A stretch of 20,656 nucleotides of DNA, from contig JBMYPC010000049.1 of assembly GCA_049599895.1 (NCBI GenBank), positions 1-20,656 of the forward strand, written 5' to 3'. The notes below the pieces were generated by a model. It saw only the letters and a program-made list of their open reading frames with translations. It made no database searches and was not told the origin of the DNA. Every line of letters starts with the position of its first letter. Positions within the stretch are counted from its first letter, which is position 1. Source of the DNA: Bacteriovoracaceae bacterium (GTDB lineage Bacteria; Bdellovibrionota; Bacteriovoracia; Bacteriovoracales; Bacteriovoracaceae). This document shows, in pieces, positions 1 through 10,300 of this stretch. A program made the translations under genes and the position numbers.

Positions 1-2
1 TA

Positions 3-257
3 CCAAGTCTTGCTAGCACTCCTATCAGCAATATTAAGATAGTGGGGATATTCCTCGGTAAAGACCGAAGAGCAGTAGCAGCACTTCGATCGGGAAGCCA
101 GAATACTTTCATTCTTAAAGAAGGTATGCAGATCGGAGAGAATAAAGCCGAGATTAAGGCTATTCTTCCAGGTGGGATTGTTCTTGTTGAAAAAATTCGA
201 AATGTTTACGATCAAGAAGAATTCTTAGAAACAATTATTCCCGTTTCATCTAACTAG
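3..257 (+). CDS. pilP: Type IV pilus assembly protein PilP, 3' part (5'-truncated by the window edge)
   Basis: The frame is open from base 3 (PSLASTPISNIKIVGIFLGKDRRAVA...FILKEGMQIGENKAEIKAILPGGIVLVEK), so GTG42 is not the true start. It fits the PilP beta-domain pattern (l.lvGi......A......vk.G..iG.n.g.i..I) and lies directly upstream of a PilQ secretin. Confidence 0.8.
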   Translation, partial: PSLASTPISNIKIVGIFLGKDRRAVAALRSGSQNTFILKEGMQIGENKAEIKAILPGGIVLVEKIRNVYDQEEFLETIIPVSSN

Positions 258-298
258 CTGCGCAAGAGAAAAAATTTCCCGCAAACCTCGCTAAGTAA

Positions 299-307
299 TG
301 GTATAAT
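299..307 (+). promoter_or_regulatory. Extended -10 sigma70-type promoter element upstream of pilQ
   Basis: Perfect TGnTATAAT (TGGTATAAT) in the 76-bp pilP-pilQ gap. No recognisable -35. Confidence 0.5.
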
Positions 308-333
308 TTATTAGGTTAAAAAGTACCTTATGG

Positions 334-2121
334 ATGAGGTTCATGATGAAAATAGGATTACCCTTACTGCTTCTTTTATTTTCCTTTAGTGTTTTCAGCG
401 CTGAGATGAGTGCTATTCGCTTTCAGCAATTTGGTGAAGTCAGTCGACTAGAGTTTGCCCTTGATAGCAACGGCGTTGAAGCGGTGAAGTTTAAAAACTC
501 TGAAGTTAAGCAAATTGTTATTGATTTAAAAAACGTGAAAGCGACAGATCGAGTTCGAAGAGGTTTTGATACTTCTGAGTTTCCAGGTTCAATTGTTTAT
601 GTCTCGGCTTATCCAAAAGCAAGCAACTCAAATGACTTAAGAGTGGCAATTCAACTTAGAGATAATGTTCGATCTATCCTAAAGCGTGGTTCGAATAAGC
701 TGATTCTCGATGTTGAAAATCGCTTTGGTGTTTTCACTCAAGCGCAACTTCAAGAAGAAAGCCAAACTGAGTCTGATGATGTCTATGTTTCAAGCTCCGA
801 TCAAATCAATATCCCAAAGTCTGAACAAGTAGAGGACATTCTTGAAAACCTCACTTTGTCTGGTAAGAAAAAATATATTGGGAAGAAGATTACAATCAAT
901 GTTCAAGACATGAAGGTTGAAGACATCTTAAAGCTTATTGCTGATGCATCTGGTTTTAATATCATTATTACTGATGAGATAAAGAGACTTCCACCACTTA
1001 CATTAAATTTGACTAGCGTGCCTTGGGATCAGTCCCTCGATACAATTCTTAGCTTAAACAAACTCGTTGCAAAGAAGAATGGAATCATTCTTATGGTAAC
1101 GACATTAGATAAAGCAAGGAAAGATAAGGAACTTGAGATTAAGGCGAAGAAGGTGGCTTTTGAGGAGGAGCCATTGGTCACACGAGTTTTTGCTATTTCT
1201 TATGCAAAGACAGCTGATCTCATCAAAATTCTTAAAGACTACAGTACTGAAAAGCGGGGGAGGCTTACTGAAGACACAAGAATTAATGCTCTTATCGTAA
1301 AGGATACTGCTGAGGTCATTGAGAAGATGAGAAAGATTATTGAGACACTCGACACACAAACTCCTCAAGTTCTCATTGAAGCAAAAATTGTGGAAGTTTC
1401 TGAAGAGTACTCAAAAGAGATTGGTCTTCAAAATGGTCTTGAAGTTGGTTATGACCCAGTAACTTCTACATCATCAACAACTGATGCTGGGCCAGGTTTT
1501 TCATTTTCAAGTGCTCCTTCAGCAGGTGATGGTGGGCGATCATTATTTGGGCTTTCCATTGAAAGGTTTAATCGTTTGGTTAATCTTAACTTTTCGCTTC
1601 AACTCATGGAGAGCGAATCAAAAGGTAAGATTATCGCTAGTCCAAAAGTGATTACTCAAAATAAACAACCAGCAACACTCTCAACATCTGATGAAACGAG
1701 TTATGTCATTACCACGACAACTGATGGTAACGTCACTCAAGGTTATGAAAAGAGTACGGCGAGTCTTTCACTAAATGTTACTCCACAGGTCACTAATGAA
1801 GGTTCTATCAGTCTTGATATTGCTCTTGATAAACAACAGTTCGGGACAAGAAGTTCAAACGATGCTCCACCAAATAAGCAAGGAAGAAGCGTCAAGACAA
1901 CGGTTTTGGTTGAAAACGGATCAACAATTGTTCTTGGTGGTATCTATAATTTTGAAAAAAGAGAAAACCATTCAGGGATACCATTTTTAAAAGATATACC
2001 ATTGATCGGCTGGTTGTTTAGAACAGCCTATAATCCATCAACAGCTAAAAATGAAATGGTGATTTTTATAACTCCAAGAATTATTAACCAGGAAGAAGCT
2101 GGTTTAAGCGATAGAAGTTAA
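334..2121 (+). CDS. pilQ: Type IV pilus secretin PilQ (signal peptide, AMIN-like domain, N domains, secretin domain)
   Basis: Signal peptide ending VFSA; YIGKKITINVQDM and LTLNLTSVPWDQSLD (N0); LDTQTPQVLIEAKIVEV; LNVTPQV; GSTIVLGGIY; GIPFLKDIPLIGWLFR; EMVIFITPRII. The true start is more likely ATG346 (GAGGT at 336-340). Confidence 0.95.
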   Translation: MRFMMKIGLPLLLLLFSFSVFSAEMSAIRFQQFGEVSRLEFALDSNGVEAVKFKNSEVKQIVIDLKNVKATDRVRRGFDTSEFPGSIVYVSAYPKASNSNDLRVAIQLRDNVRSILKRGSNKLILDVENRFGVFTQAQLQEESQTESDDVYVSSSDQINIPKSEQVEDILENLTLSGKKKYIGKKITINVQDMKVEDILKLIADASGFNIIITDEIKRLPPLTLNLTSVPWDQSLDTILSLNKLVAKKNGIILMVTTLDKARKDKELEIKAKKVAFEEEPLVTRVFAISYAKTADLIKILKDYSTEKRGRLTEDTRINALIVKDTAEVIEKMRKIIETLDTQTPQVLIEAKIVEVSEEYSKEIGLQNGLEVGYDPVTSTSSTTDAGPGFSFSSAPSAGDGGRSLFGLSIERFNRLVNLNFSLQLMESESKGKIIASPKVITQNKQPATLSTSDETSYVITTTTDGNVTQGYEKSTASLSLNVTPQVTNEGSISLDIALDKQQFGTRSSNDAPPNKQGRSVKTTVLVENGSTIVLGGIYNFEKRENHSGIPFLKDIPLIGWLFRTAYNPSTAKNEMVIFITPRIINQEEAGLSDRS

Positions 2122-2126
2122 TCGTT

Positions 2127-3002
2127 GTGAATAAAGAACTGAGTTCACCTCTTATTCTTAAGTATCAAAAAGAGTTGGAAAAAAATCCAAAGTCGAGGGC
2201 GTTTGCTCCACTAGCTGAAGCTTATCGAAAATATGGCTTTATTGAAAAATCAATCTCTCTTCTTTTAGAAGGGATCAAAGAGCATCCCAATTACATGGGG
2301 GCTCATGTCACTCTTGCGAAATGTTATTTTGATCAAAATAAGTTCAACCGTGCTTATCAATTGCTTAAAAACTATGTTGCTAATGGAACCGAGAATATTG
2401 CACTTATTAAGACTTATGCCGCAAGTTGTATTGAACTTGGTTATCAAAAAGAAGGCCTTAAATATTATAAATATCTTTTGTTTTTAAATCCCAACGATGA
2501 AGAAGCTTTAGAGAAGATAAAAAAGGTGGAGGAAGAATCCGAAGTCGACAGCATTATTAGCTTTGAAAAAGAAGAGGCTGATGCTGAACAAGATGTTTCC
2601 AAAGCTTTGCTAGAAGAAGCCAGTAAGGATGTTTATAAGGATGCAGATAATTGGTTAAAAGTGGATATTGAAAAACCAGACGATTCTGCCTCTTTAGCTG
2701 GAGACCAAATTATTGAAGTCAGGCCAAAGGGAATTGATGCTAGTGAGCTTGAATTCATTCCCTCTGAACTTGTTGATTTGTACCAAGAAAAGGGTATGCA
2801 TCACAAAGCGTTAGAGCTTGCGGAAGAATGTTTTAGACGCGATCCTGAAAATAAGGAACTTGAAGCAAAGATCACTGAAATCAAAAGGGTAGTTTCTCCT
2901 GGTTTAAAAGATGTCTCTCGTCCCGACCAGAGTCTTCTTATTGTTGATGAGCTCAACAAGCTAAAAGCCTCATTTAAAAGCCATTTTACAAAAAATTTCT
3001 AG
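2127..3002 (+). CDS. Tetratricopeptide-repeat protein with acidic linker
   Basis: N-terminal TPRs (NPKSRAFAPLAEAYRKYG; HPNYMGAHVTLAKCYFDQ; LFLNPNDEEA), an E/D-rich middle and a C-terminal TPR (LVDLYQEKGMHHKALELAEECFRRDPENKEL). GTG start 5 bp after the pilQ stop. Confidence 0.85.
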   Translation: MNKELSSPLILKYQKELEKNPKSRAFAPLAEAYRKYGFIEKSISLLLEGIKEHPNYMGAHVTLAKCYFDQNKFNRAYQLLKNYVANGTENIALIKTYAASCIELGYQKEGLKYYKYLLFLNPNDEEALEKIKKVEEESEVDSIISFEKEEADAEQDVSKALLEEASKDVYKDADNWLKVDIEKPDDSASLAGDQIIEVRPKGIDASELEFIPSELVDLYQEKGMHHKALELAEECFRRDPENKELEAKITEIKRVVSPGLKDVSRPDQSLLIVDELNKLKASFKSHFTKNF

Positions 3003-3034
3003 AGCGATTTCACTACAAGCAAGAGATCAAATTC

Positions 3035-3064
3035 TTTACATAATCTTAGTAAATTTGATAGGTT
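3035..3064 (+). promoter_or_regulatory. Possible sigma70 promoter for aroQ-efp-accBC
   Basis: TTTACA (3035-3040), 18 bp spacer, TAGGTT (3059-3064) with TG at 3056-3057 (extended -10), in a 99-bp intergenic gap. Confidence 0.35.
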
Positions 3065-3101
3065 GTGACGCACAGAGTTTTTATTAGCAAGCACTTTAAT
3101 T

Positions 3102-3554
3102 ATGAAGATAGCGATTTTAAATGGCCCAAATTTAAATCTCCTTGGAAAGCGTGAACCTGAAGTTTACGGGAGCCTTACCCTTGATGAGATTGAAAAACGC
3201 ACTCAAAAGAAAGTTGAATCTCTTCTAGACGGGAAAGAAAAGCTTGATTGTGAGTGGTTTCAAACAAACTCTGAGCAAGAACTCATCGAAAAGATTCACC
3301 AAGTTTTTTTAGATCAAGAAAATTTTAAAGGAATAATTATCAACCCTGGTGCTTTCACTCACTCAAGTGTCGCGATTTATGATGCTCTCAAGATGGTGAA
3401 AATTCCAGTTGTTGAAGCTCATCTTTCAAACACCTATAAAAGGGAAGAAATCCGAAAGAATAAAGTGACAACACCTGCTTCAACTATTTTGATTGAAGGT
3501 GCTGGTCCTTCTGTTTACCTTCAAGGGATTCTGTCGCTGATTTACCAAATTTGA
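3102..3554 (+). CDS. aroQ: Type II 3-dehydroquinate dehydratase
   Basis: LNGPNLNLLGKREPEVYG (catalytic Arg/Tyr loop), IINPGAFTHSS, VEAHLSN...RE motifs. Confidence 0.95.
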   Translation: MKIAILNGPNLNLLGKREPEVYGSLTLDEIEKRTQKKVESLLDGKEKLDCEWFQTNSEQELIEKIHQVFLDQENFKGIIINPGAFTHSSVAIYDALKMVKIPVVEAHLSNTYKREEIRKNKVTTPASTILIEGAGPSVYLQGILSLIYQI

Positions 3555-3590
3555 TAAAGCATAAAATAAAGAACAGATAATGGAGAACTT

Positions 3591-4160
3591 ATGTTGCAAA
3601 CAACCGAGTTGAAAAAAAATACTAAAGTTGAAATGGAAGGAAAGGTCTATGTGATCATTAAAGCAGACTTTACCAACCCAGGTAAAGGTAGTGCTTTTGT
3701 TAAGTGCAAAATGAAGAACCTTGAGAATGGCTCGGTAATTGAAAGAACTTTTAAATCTGGTGTGAGTACAGGTGTTGTCAAACCAGATCTTGAACATAAA
3801 GAAGTTGAGTATATGTATGATGATCCAGATGGGTTTAACTTCATGGATCAAAAAACTTATGAAACGATTCATATCGCAAAAGAGTTAATTGAAGAGGAAG
3901 CCGGATACCTTCAAGAAGGTATTAAGATTAGTCTTCTGTACTGGAAAATGAAGCCTATTTCGATTGAGCTTCCAAACTTTGTTGAGCTAAAAGTTACTCA
4001 AACGGACCCAGGTCTAAAAGGTGATACAGCTCAAGGTGGGACGAAGAAAGCGGTTATGGAAACAGGTCTTCAGGTTAATGTCCCTCTTTTTATAAAAGAA
4101 GGGGAAGTCCTAAAGATTGATACTCGTACCGGCGAGTATAATGAACGAGTCAATAAATAA
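3591..4160 (+). CDS. efp: Elongation factor P
   Basis: NPGKGSAF loop (Lys32), EYMYDD..FNFMD..TYE, PGLKGDTA, ETGLQVNVPLFI..GE..KIDTRTGEY. SD GGAG at 3582-3585. Confidence 0.97.
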   Translation: MLQTTELKKNTKVEMEGKVYVIIKADFTNPGKGSAFVKCKMKNLENGSVIERTFKSGVSTGVVKPDLEHKEVEYMYDDPDGFNFMDQKTYETIHIAKELIEEEAGYLQEGIKISLLYWKMKPISIELPNFVELKVTQTDPGLKGDTAQGGTKKAVMETGLQVNVPLFIKEGEVLKIDTRTGEYNERVNK

Positions 4161-4182
4161 AAAATAATTGAAGGAAAAGAAT

Positions 4183-4626
4183 ATGAAACTTGAAGATCTT
4201 AGAGAGTTTATCAGTCTTGCAAAAGAATCTGGTGTCACAAGACTCGAATACGAATATAAAGACAAAAGATTTGTTGTGAGTTGGGAAAGTGAAAAGGGAA
4301 CCCCTGTTGTTCAACCTCTTCCTGTGAGCGCCCCTGCACCTACCCCTGCTGCAGAAGCAAAGGCAGAAGCTCCTAAAAAAGACAGTGGTCTCATTGAGGT
4401 TCAGTCTCCATTTGTCGGAACGTTTTATCGTTCACCATCTCCCAATGCTGATTCATTTGTTAAAGAAGGTGATCGAATCTCTTCAGGGAAAGTGCTCTGT
4501 ATTATTGAGGCCATGAAGATCATGAATGAAATTGAATCAGAGGTTTCTGGAGAAATTGTTGAAGTTTGTGTTGAAAATGAAACATACGTTGAATTTGGAC
4601 AAACTCTTTTTAAAGTTCGTCCATAG
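4183..4626 (+). CDS. accB: Acetyl-CoA carboxylase biotin carboxyl carrier protein
   Basis: Pro/Ala linker, SPFVGTFYRSPSP, biotinylation motif IEAMKIMNEI, VEFGQTLF. ATG4183 is preferred over TTG4168 because AAGGA (4171-4175) lies 7 nt upstream. Confidence 0.96.
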   Translation: MKLEDLREFISLAKESGVTRLEYEYKDKRFVVSWESEKGTPVVQPLPVSAPAPTPAAEAKAEAPKKDSGLIEVQSPFVGTFYRSPSPNADSFVKEGDRISSGKVLCIIEAMKIMNEIESEVSGEIVEVCVENETYVEFGQTLFKVRP

Positions 4627-4646
4627 AAATAAAAGACAAGTGTCCC

Positions 4647-5999
4647 ATGAGTAAAAAAATCAATAAAATTCTAATCGCAAATCGAGGAGAAATTGCTCTT
4701 CGAATTCTAAGAACCTGTCGTGAGCTTGATATCGCAACTGTTTGTGTACACTCTACTGCCGATGAAAATTCTTTGCATGTGAAGTTTGCAGATGAATCTG
4801 TTTGTATAGGACCTGCAAAATCAACTCAAAGCTACTTAAATATTCCAGCCATTTTATCAGCAGCTGAAATTACTGGCGCTGATGCAATCCATCCAGGCTT
4901 TGGATTTCTTTCTGAGAATACCGAATTTGCGACTATGTGTGAAAAATGGGGAATTAGCTTTATTGGCCCTTACAAAAAATGTATTGAGCTGATGGGAGAT
5001 AAGATTCGATCAAAAGAGCTTGCTAAAGAAGCAGGGGCCCCTGTTTTAGAGCCAATTAAGGTAAATGGTCGAAAAGACGCAGATATTTTAAAAGATGTTG
5101 AATCCATGGGTCTTCCTGTTCTCATTAAGTCTTCAGCCGGAGGTGGTGGAAGAGGGATGAGAAGAATCGATCAAATGAGTGATATTCTTTCAGCAATCGA
5201 AACGTTAAAAACGGAAGCTCTTGCTGGTTTTGGTGATGATACGCTTTTTATTGAAAAGTATATTGTGAATCCAAGACATGTTGAGGTGCAAATTTTAGGT
5301 GATAAACATGGTAATGTTGTTCATCTTGGAGAGCGTGACTGTACGATTCAGAGGCGCTTTCAGAAGTTGATTGAAGAAAGTCCTTGTCCTGTAATTGACC
5401 AAGAAAAACGAAAAGAAATCTGTGAGTCAGCAGTTCGAATTGCAAAGCATGTGAATTATGATAGTGCAGGAACAGTTGAATTTCTTTATGACCTTGATGA
5501 TGGCAAGTTTTATTTCATGGAAATGAATACTCGTATCCAGGTTGAGCACCCGGTTACAGAAGAGAGAACAAATATTGATCTTATTAAGCAAATGATCTTT
5601 TCAGCTGAAGGAAAAGAACTCTCTTTCAAACAAGACGAAATTTTATTTGATGGACACACGATTGAGTGTCGAATCAATGCTGAAGATCCCAAAACTCAAA
5701 GACCGAGCCCTGGAAAAATCTCTTATTATCATAGGCCAGCAGGACTTGGGGTACGAGTCGATGACTTTGTCTATAGTGGGTATAATGTGCCTCCTTTTTA
5801 TGATTCGATGATCTCAAAGGTGATTGTAAAAGCTGAAAGTCGAGATCAGGCTATTGCCAGAATGAAAAGATGCCTTGAAGAGATGGTTGTTGAAGGAATA
5901 AGTACGAATATTCCTATGCATGTTGAGATTTTAGCGGATGCAGACTTCATTTCTAACAAGTATTCTACGAACTATCTCAATGAAAAAAATATGATTTAA
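4647..5999 (+). CDS. accC: Acetyl-CoA carboxylase biotin carboxylase subunit
   Basis: KILIANRGEIA, AIHPGFGFLSEN, GGGGRGMR, ERDCTIQRRFQK, FMEMNTRIQVEHPVTE, ECRINAED, PPFYDSMISK. Confidence 0.97.
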   Translation: MSKKINKILIANRGEIALRILRTCRELDIATVCVHSTADENSLHVKFADESVCIGPAKSTQSYLNIPAILSAAEITGADAIHPGFGFLSENTEFATMCEKWGISFIGPYKKCIELMGDKIRSKELAKEAGAPVLEPIKVNGRKDADILKDVESMGLPVLIKSSAGGGGRGMRRIDQMSDILSAIETLKTEALAGFGDDTLFIEKYIVNPRHVEVQILGDKHGNVVHLGERDCTIQRRFQKLIEESPCPVIDQEKRKEICESAVRIAKHVNYDSAGTVEFLYDLDDGKFYFMEMNTRIQVEHPVTEERTNIDLIKQMIFSAEGKELSFKQDEILFDGHTIECRINAEDPKTQRPSPGKISYYHRPAGLGVRVDDFVYSGYNVPPFYDSMISKVIVKAESRDQAIARMKRCLEEMVVEGISTNIPMHVEILADADFISNKYSTNYLNEKNMI

Positions 6000-6118
6000 T
6001 TTTGCTATTTGTATGGGCCAAAACAAGGCTCAACTTTTGCAGCTTCCAGCAATTTTTTTTGCTTCAAGTTAAAATTAAACGAGTCTAAGTTTTTGAATTT
6101 AAAAAGAAGACGAGTTTA

Positions 6119-7366
6119 ATGGATCATTTTACTAAGATTTATCGCGAAGAAAAAATCGAAGCAACAATCAAAGAAATTCGAGAAATTCTTGAGAGTGATG
6201 AAATTGATTATCAGAACATTTTTTTAAGCCTCAATCTTTTAAAATCAAATAAAGAAAAAGCAGAAGTTATTCAGAGTATTTGGCTGCAAACCGAAGAAAA
6301 TGAAAATATTCAAAACCTTTTCCCAATTCTTGAAAGAACATTAAGTACAGAATTTTCATTTGAGAGTTTATTTCAATTCTTGGATGAAACAAGATTAAGA
6401 GGAGCACTTTCTCTTACCAATAATTGTGCGCGGCTAATTACTGAAAAAATTCTTACAGAGAAAAGAATAAACTTTATTGAGCAAGCAAGACTTTCATTTT
6501 CAAATGGAGGGATTTCAAAAGAAATCTCCACTATGTTTAATCTTGCGAGTGACGTCCTTCAAGGACACTCAATTAATTTCCATGATCTTCAAAAAAAATC
6601 GAATGGTGAAAAAAACTTTTTAAAAGAAAAGTTAAAGCTTCTCGTTAAAAGAAAGTTGAAACATTTTACAAGTATACAAAACGATTCCCTCTTATCTGTG
6701 AAATGGATTCTTCAAAACTTTATTAACCCTGATGACGAAAAAGAGATCCAGTTACAACTTGTTCTTCTCAATGAAATTTTTAAAGAATCAGTCAACCAGG
6801 ATGAACTTGGTTTAGTGTTTCAACTATTGCTTGATTACTCACTTTTATTTAAACAAGCTTGGTCTTATGACGTTATTGTGGAATATTCGAAAATCTTTCC
6901 AGATAAAATTGATCCTGTGAAGCTTATTGAACTTAAGAGTTTGTCGAACAATGCAGAGGAGAAAGCAAGCGAGGAAGAAGTTGGAAATGAAGAACTCTCT
7001 GAGGAAACTTCAACTTTTGTAAAAGATCTTCTGTTAAGAAAACCATCGAGGCAGTACGACTTTCTTGAAGTGAAAGAGAAGATTTTTGTACAAGGCCAAC
7101 ACCACTTCATCTCTCTTTTATCAAAGGAAGAGAGAGAAATTATCTATAAAGAATTCCGGGATAAGATGAATGAGAAGGGGATGGAGGGACCTTCTATTGT
7201 CGAGCTTGCCTATCGCCTCGTTCGTACATTTATAAGTGCTTCTGATTACACGATGGCGCTTGAATTTATGAGTCATTTTGAAAAGAACTTTCCAATGACT
7301 TCAAGAGAATCAGAGATTTTTTCTGACTTACACAAAAGAGTGATGAGACTTTGGGAAAGTACTTAA
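6119..7366 (+). CDS. Hypothetical helical protein; positional candidate for a diverged SgmX/Bd2492-type TPR protein
   Basis: 415-aa ORF rich in L/E/K/I/F with no signal peptide or TM segment, an acidic linker (AEEKASEEEVGNEELSEE) and TPR-like C-terminal helices (IVELAYRLVRTFISASDYTMALEFMSHFEKNFP). Overlaps the next gene by 16 bp. The ORF is secure; the function rests on position only. Confidence 0.6.
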   Translation: MDHFTKIYREEKIEATIKEIREILESDEIDYQNIFLSLNLLKSNKEKAEVIQSIWLQTEENENIQNLFPILERTLSTEFSFESLFQFLDETRLRGALSLTNNCARLITEKILTEKRINFIEQARLSFSNGGISKEISTMFNLASDVLQGHSINFHDLQKKSNGEKNFLKEKLKLLVKRKLKHFTSIQNDSLLSVKWILQNFINPDDEKEIQLQLVLLNEIFKESVNQDELGLVFQLLLDYSLLFKQAWSYDVIVEYSKIFPDKIDPVKLIELKSLSNNAEEKASEEEVGNEELSEETSTFVKDLLLRKPSRQYDFLEVKEKIFVQGQHHFISLLSKEEREIIYKEFRDKMNEKGMEGPSIVELAYRLVRTFISASDYTMALEFMSHFEKNFPMTSRESEIFSDLHKRVMRLWEST

Positions 7367-10300
7367 ATAAATACATCATTTCATTTCTCTTTGTTTTTGC
7401 GATTGCAAGTTATGCAGCACTTGAGTTCTCTCGCTCTAAAGTTGTTGCAAGTTTTATCACGAAAAGAATCAATGGTTATCTTTCAAAACAAAAAAATATT
7501 AAGATTTATTTTGAAAAAATTGATATCCATCCGCTAACCCTTTCAGCAAGTGTTCGAAACGTTTCAATTGAAACAAATGAGTTGAGAGGCTTAACATCAG
7601 ATGTGAATGTTAAGATTAAACTTTTTTCACTTCTTAGAAATAAAATTGCAATAGATCGCATTCACGTTAAAAACGGAGAGTTTTTCATTCATGACTTTTC
7701 TTTTGAAAAAAAAGGAGAAAAAGAGAATGAAAATTATAAAGATTATGGAAGTGAAATAAGAAAAAGTCTTAATCTCATGAAACTTAAGGTTTTCAATTCT
7801 GAGTACAGCGATATCGTAAATGAACTCTATATCGAAAACTCAAGAATCGATTTCAAAGATGAACAATTTTTAATTGATACAATTGAAATAACAAAAAACT
7901 CAAAGTTTGCATCGGCGCGAGTGGCCTTTAACGTTCCGACACAAAAAAAGATTTTTGCTCATGACAAAATTGAGATGGAACTAACTTTAAGCCAGACGAA
8001 GTTTCAAGTAAACTCGTTTAAAATAACGGATGGTTTTTTCTCATTGATGGGTGAAGTCTCTGTTCTTATTGCAAAGGATTTTCAATCTAAGATGGTTGGG
8101 AGTGTCGACTTTAAAATCCCTCTTGATAAAATTTCAGATTTTTACCCCGTTGAAGCAAGGGGATTGGCAAAAGGAGAGATTCATCTCGGGGGAACTTTAG
8201 AAGGCCCTCACATGAGATTGAATCTTGATGCTCGAAATATGGGGAATGAATATATTCGATTTCAAAGGCTCAATTCAAACTTGGCTTTTCGCAATCAAAA
8301 AATTTCAGTAGAGGATATTTACATACAAAATGAAGACGCTTCGGTTAAGCTTCTTAAGCCATTCAATATATTCGACTTAAAAGATTCAAAAATCCTCAAC
8401 TTTAAAGCTCTAACTCAAATTGAAAAATACCATACGAATGATTTACTTTTTTCGATTGATGATATCTTGTCGGGACTTAAGGGGAAAGTTTCTGGAAAGC
8501 TCTTAGTTGATAGTCGAAAGAGTTTTAACAGCACTCGTTTTATAGGCCAAAAGGGAATGAAGCTTAAGGATGTCGAATACTTTCCTGTTGAAGATAAACT
8601 TCTTGGGTTAAAAGAAGTTAACTTAAATCTTTTAAATGTCCATTTAGATTGGCCAAAAGATTCTGTAACAATTGAGTTAAAAGCAAAAAAACAAAACCAG
8701 ATGATTGATGTTAAAGGTGTTGTCGATAACGATAACCTTCGATTTGATGTCTTCTTTAAAAACTTTGACTTTGATCGATTCAAAAATATTTCAACTGTAC
8801 CATTCGGTGGAAACGGAGACCTTGGGATTACTATTTCAGGTCTTGAAAAAACGGTGTTTGATTTTGATATGAAAGCGGAAGAACTTCAAATATTAGGATT
8901 AAGCTTTGGAGAGAGTATAGGAAGAATGATTTTGACTTTAGACGATCTTAACCTCAAAGTTCAAAACATTAAGGCAAAGAAAAATGTTTCTTCCTATGTA
9001 ATTGATGGAAAGGTTAACTTTGAAAAATCAGAAATAGATCTTGATATAAATCATAAGAACAATCGTTTTGAAGACATTATTGAAATCATGGGAGTTCACT
9101 TTCCAAAGGAACTCAACTCTCTTCGAGAAATTAAAATGTATAGTGATGTTCAGTATAATGTTTCTGGAGGGTTTGCTTTTGATAAGCTAAAAATTACAGG
9201 GAAACTTAAATCTGATAAAGCCACTTACTATGGTGAAGAGTTTAAAAAGCCTCAAATGAACTTTTCTCTTAACAATGAAGTCATCTCTCTTAAACGATTT
9301 TCTGTAAATGCCTTCAGTGGCAAAATAAAAGGTGGTTTAGACTACAGTATACCGAGAGAAAATCTCGATTATCGAATGCAACTTTTTCAGGGCCGATTCG
9401 AAGATGTGCGTTTCCTTAAAAAAGGATTCCCGGGAGTCAATTCATCTTTTGAAATTAAAGCTTCTGGTTCATACGGAACAAGTAAACAAAAAGGAGAGGT
9501 TGTCCTCAATCTGAATCGAATGCAAATCGGCAACTCCTTCTTTAATAAAAATCAATTAGATTTTTCTTATAATCATTCGTCGATGATTTGGGGAGTCGAT
9601 TTTCTTGATTCTCAAGTTTTGGGTGCTAGCCAATACATCTTTGGTGGACGAAAAGAAAAAGGAGCAATCCTTGATATTAATTTTGATATCAATAACGGTA
9701 ATGATCTTTTTGCAGCAGTGAAACCAGAGATTATTCAAAATGTCGATCAAATGGACACAATGTTTAAAGGCCATCTTTTACTTGATGTTAATTTTGAGAG
9801 AAAATTAATGAACAAACTTTCTCTTGGGCTTGATGATTTTAAAGTTTTTTATAAAGGGAATCGTCTTGCAGCCTCTAAGAACTCAGGTTTTCTCATTGAA
9901 AAGAATAAAATCTTAAAAAGAAAAATTCAATTCGATACAAATCGTAAATATAAAGCTGAAGCCAGCATTGCTGCGGTTGATGGCCTCGATCTTATTTTGA
10001 AATCAAAATTTCTTTTACCAACAAATCTTGCAGAATTATTTGTTCCCAATGTGGATTATATTAATGGAGAAATTTCAGGAGAAGTTGAAGGAAAAGCAGG
10101 AGAGACTCTTGAGTTCAATTCAGGGATGTTAGAACTTTCTAACGGGGGATTTAAGCCCAAGGATATTCCTGTAAGCGTTGAGAAAATTTCTGGAAGATTG
10201 CGACTCGATAAACAAAGAGTCGAATTTTATGATTTCAAAGGGATCTTAGGAAAAGGAAATCTCGCGGCACATGGGCAGATAGACTTTTCAAATATTATTC

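Noticed and set aside
3591..4160. EF-P loop NPGKG as an unusual modification type
   Set aside because: It keeps PGKG with Lys32. Nothing here indicates the Arg-rhamnosylated or EfpL types, and no modifier gene is in the window.
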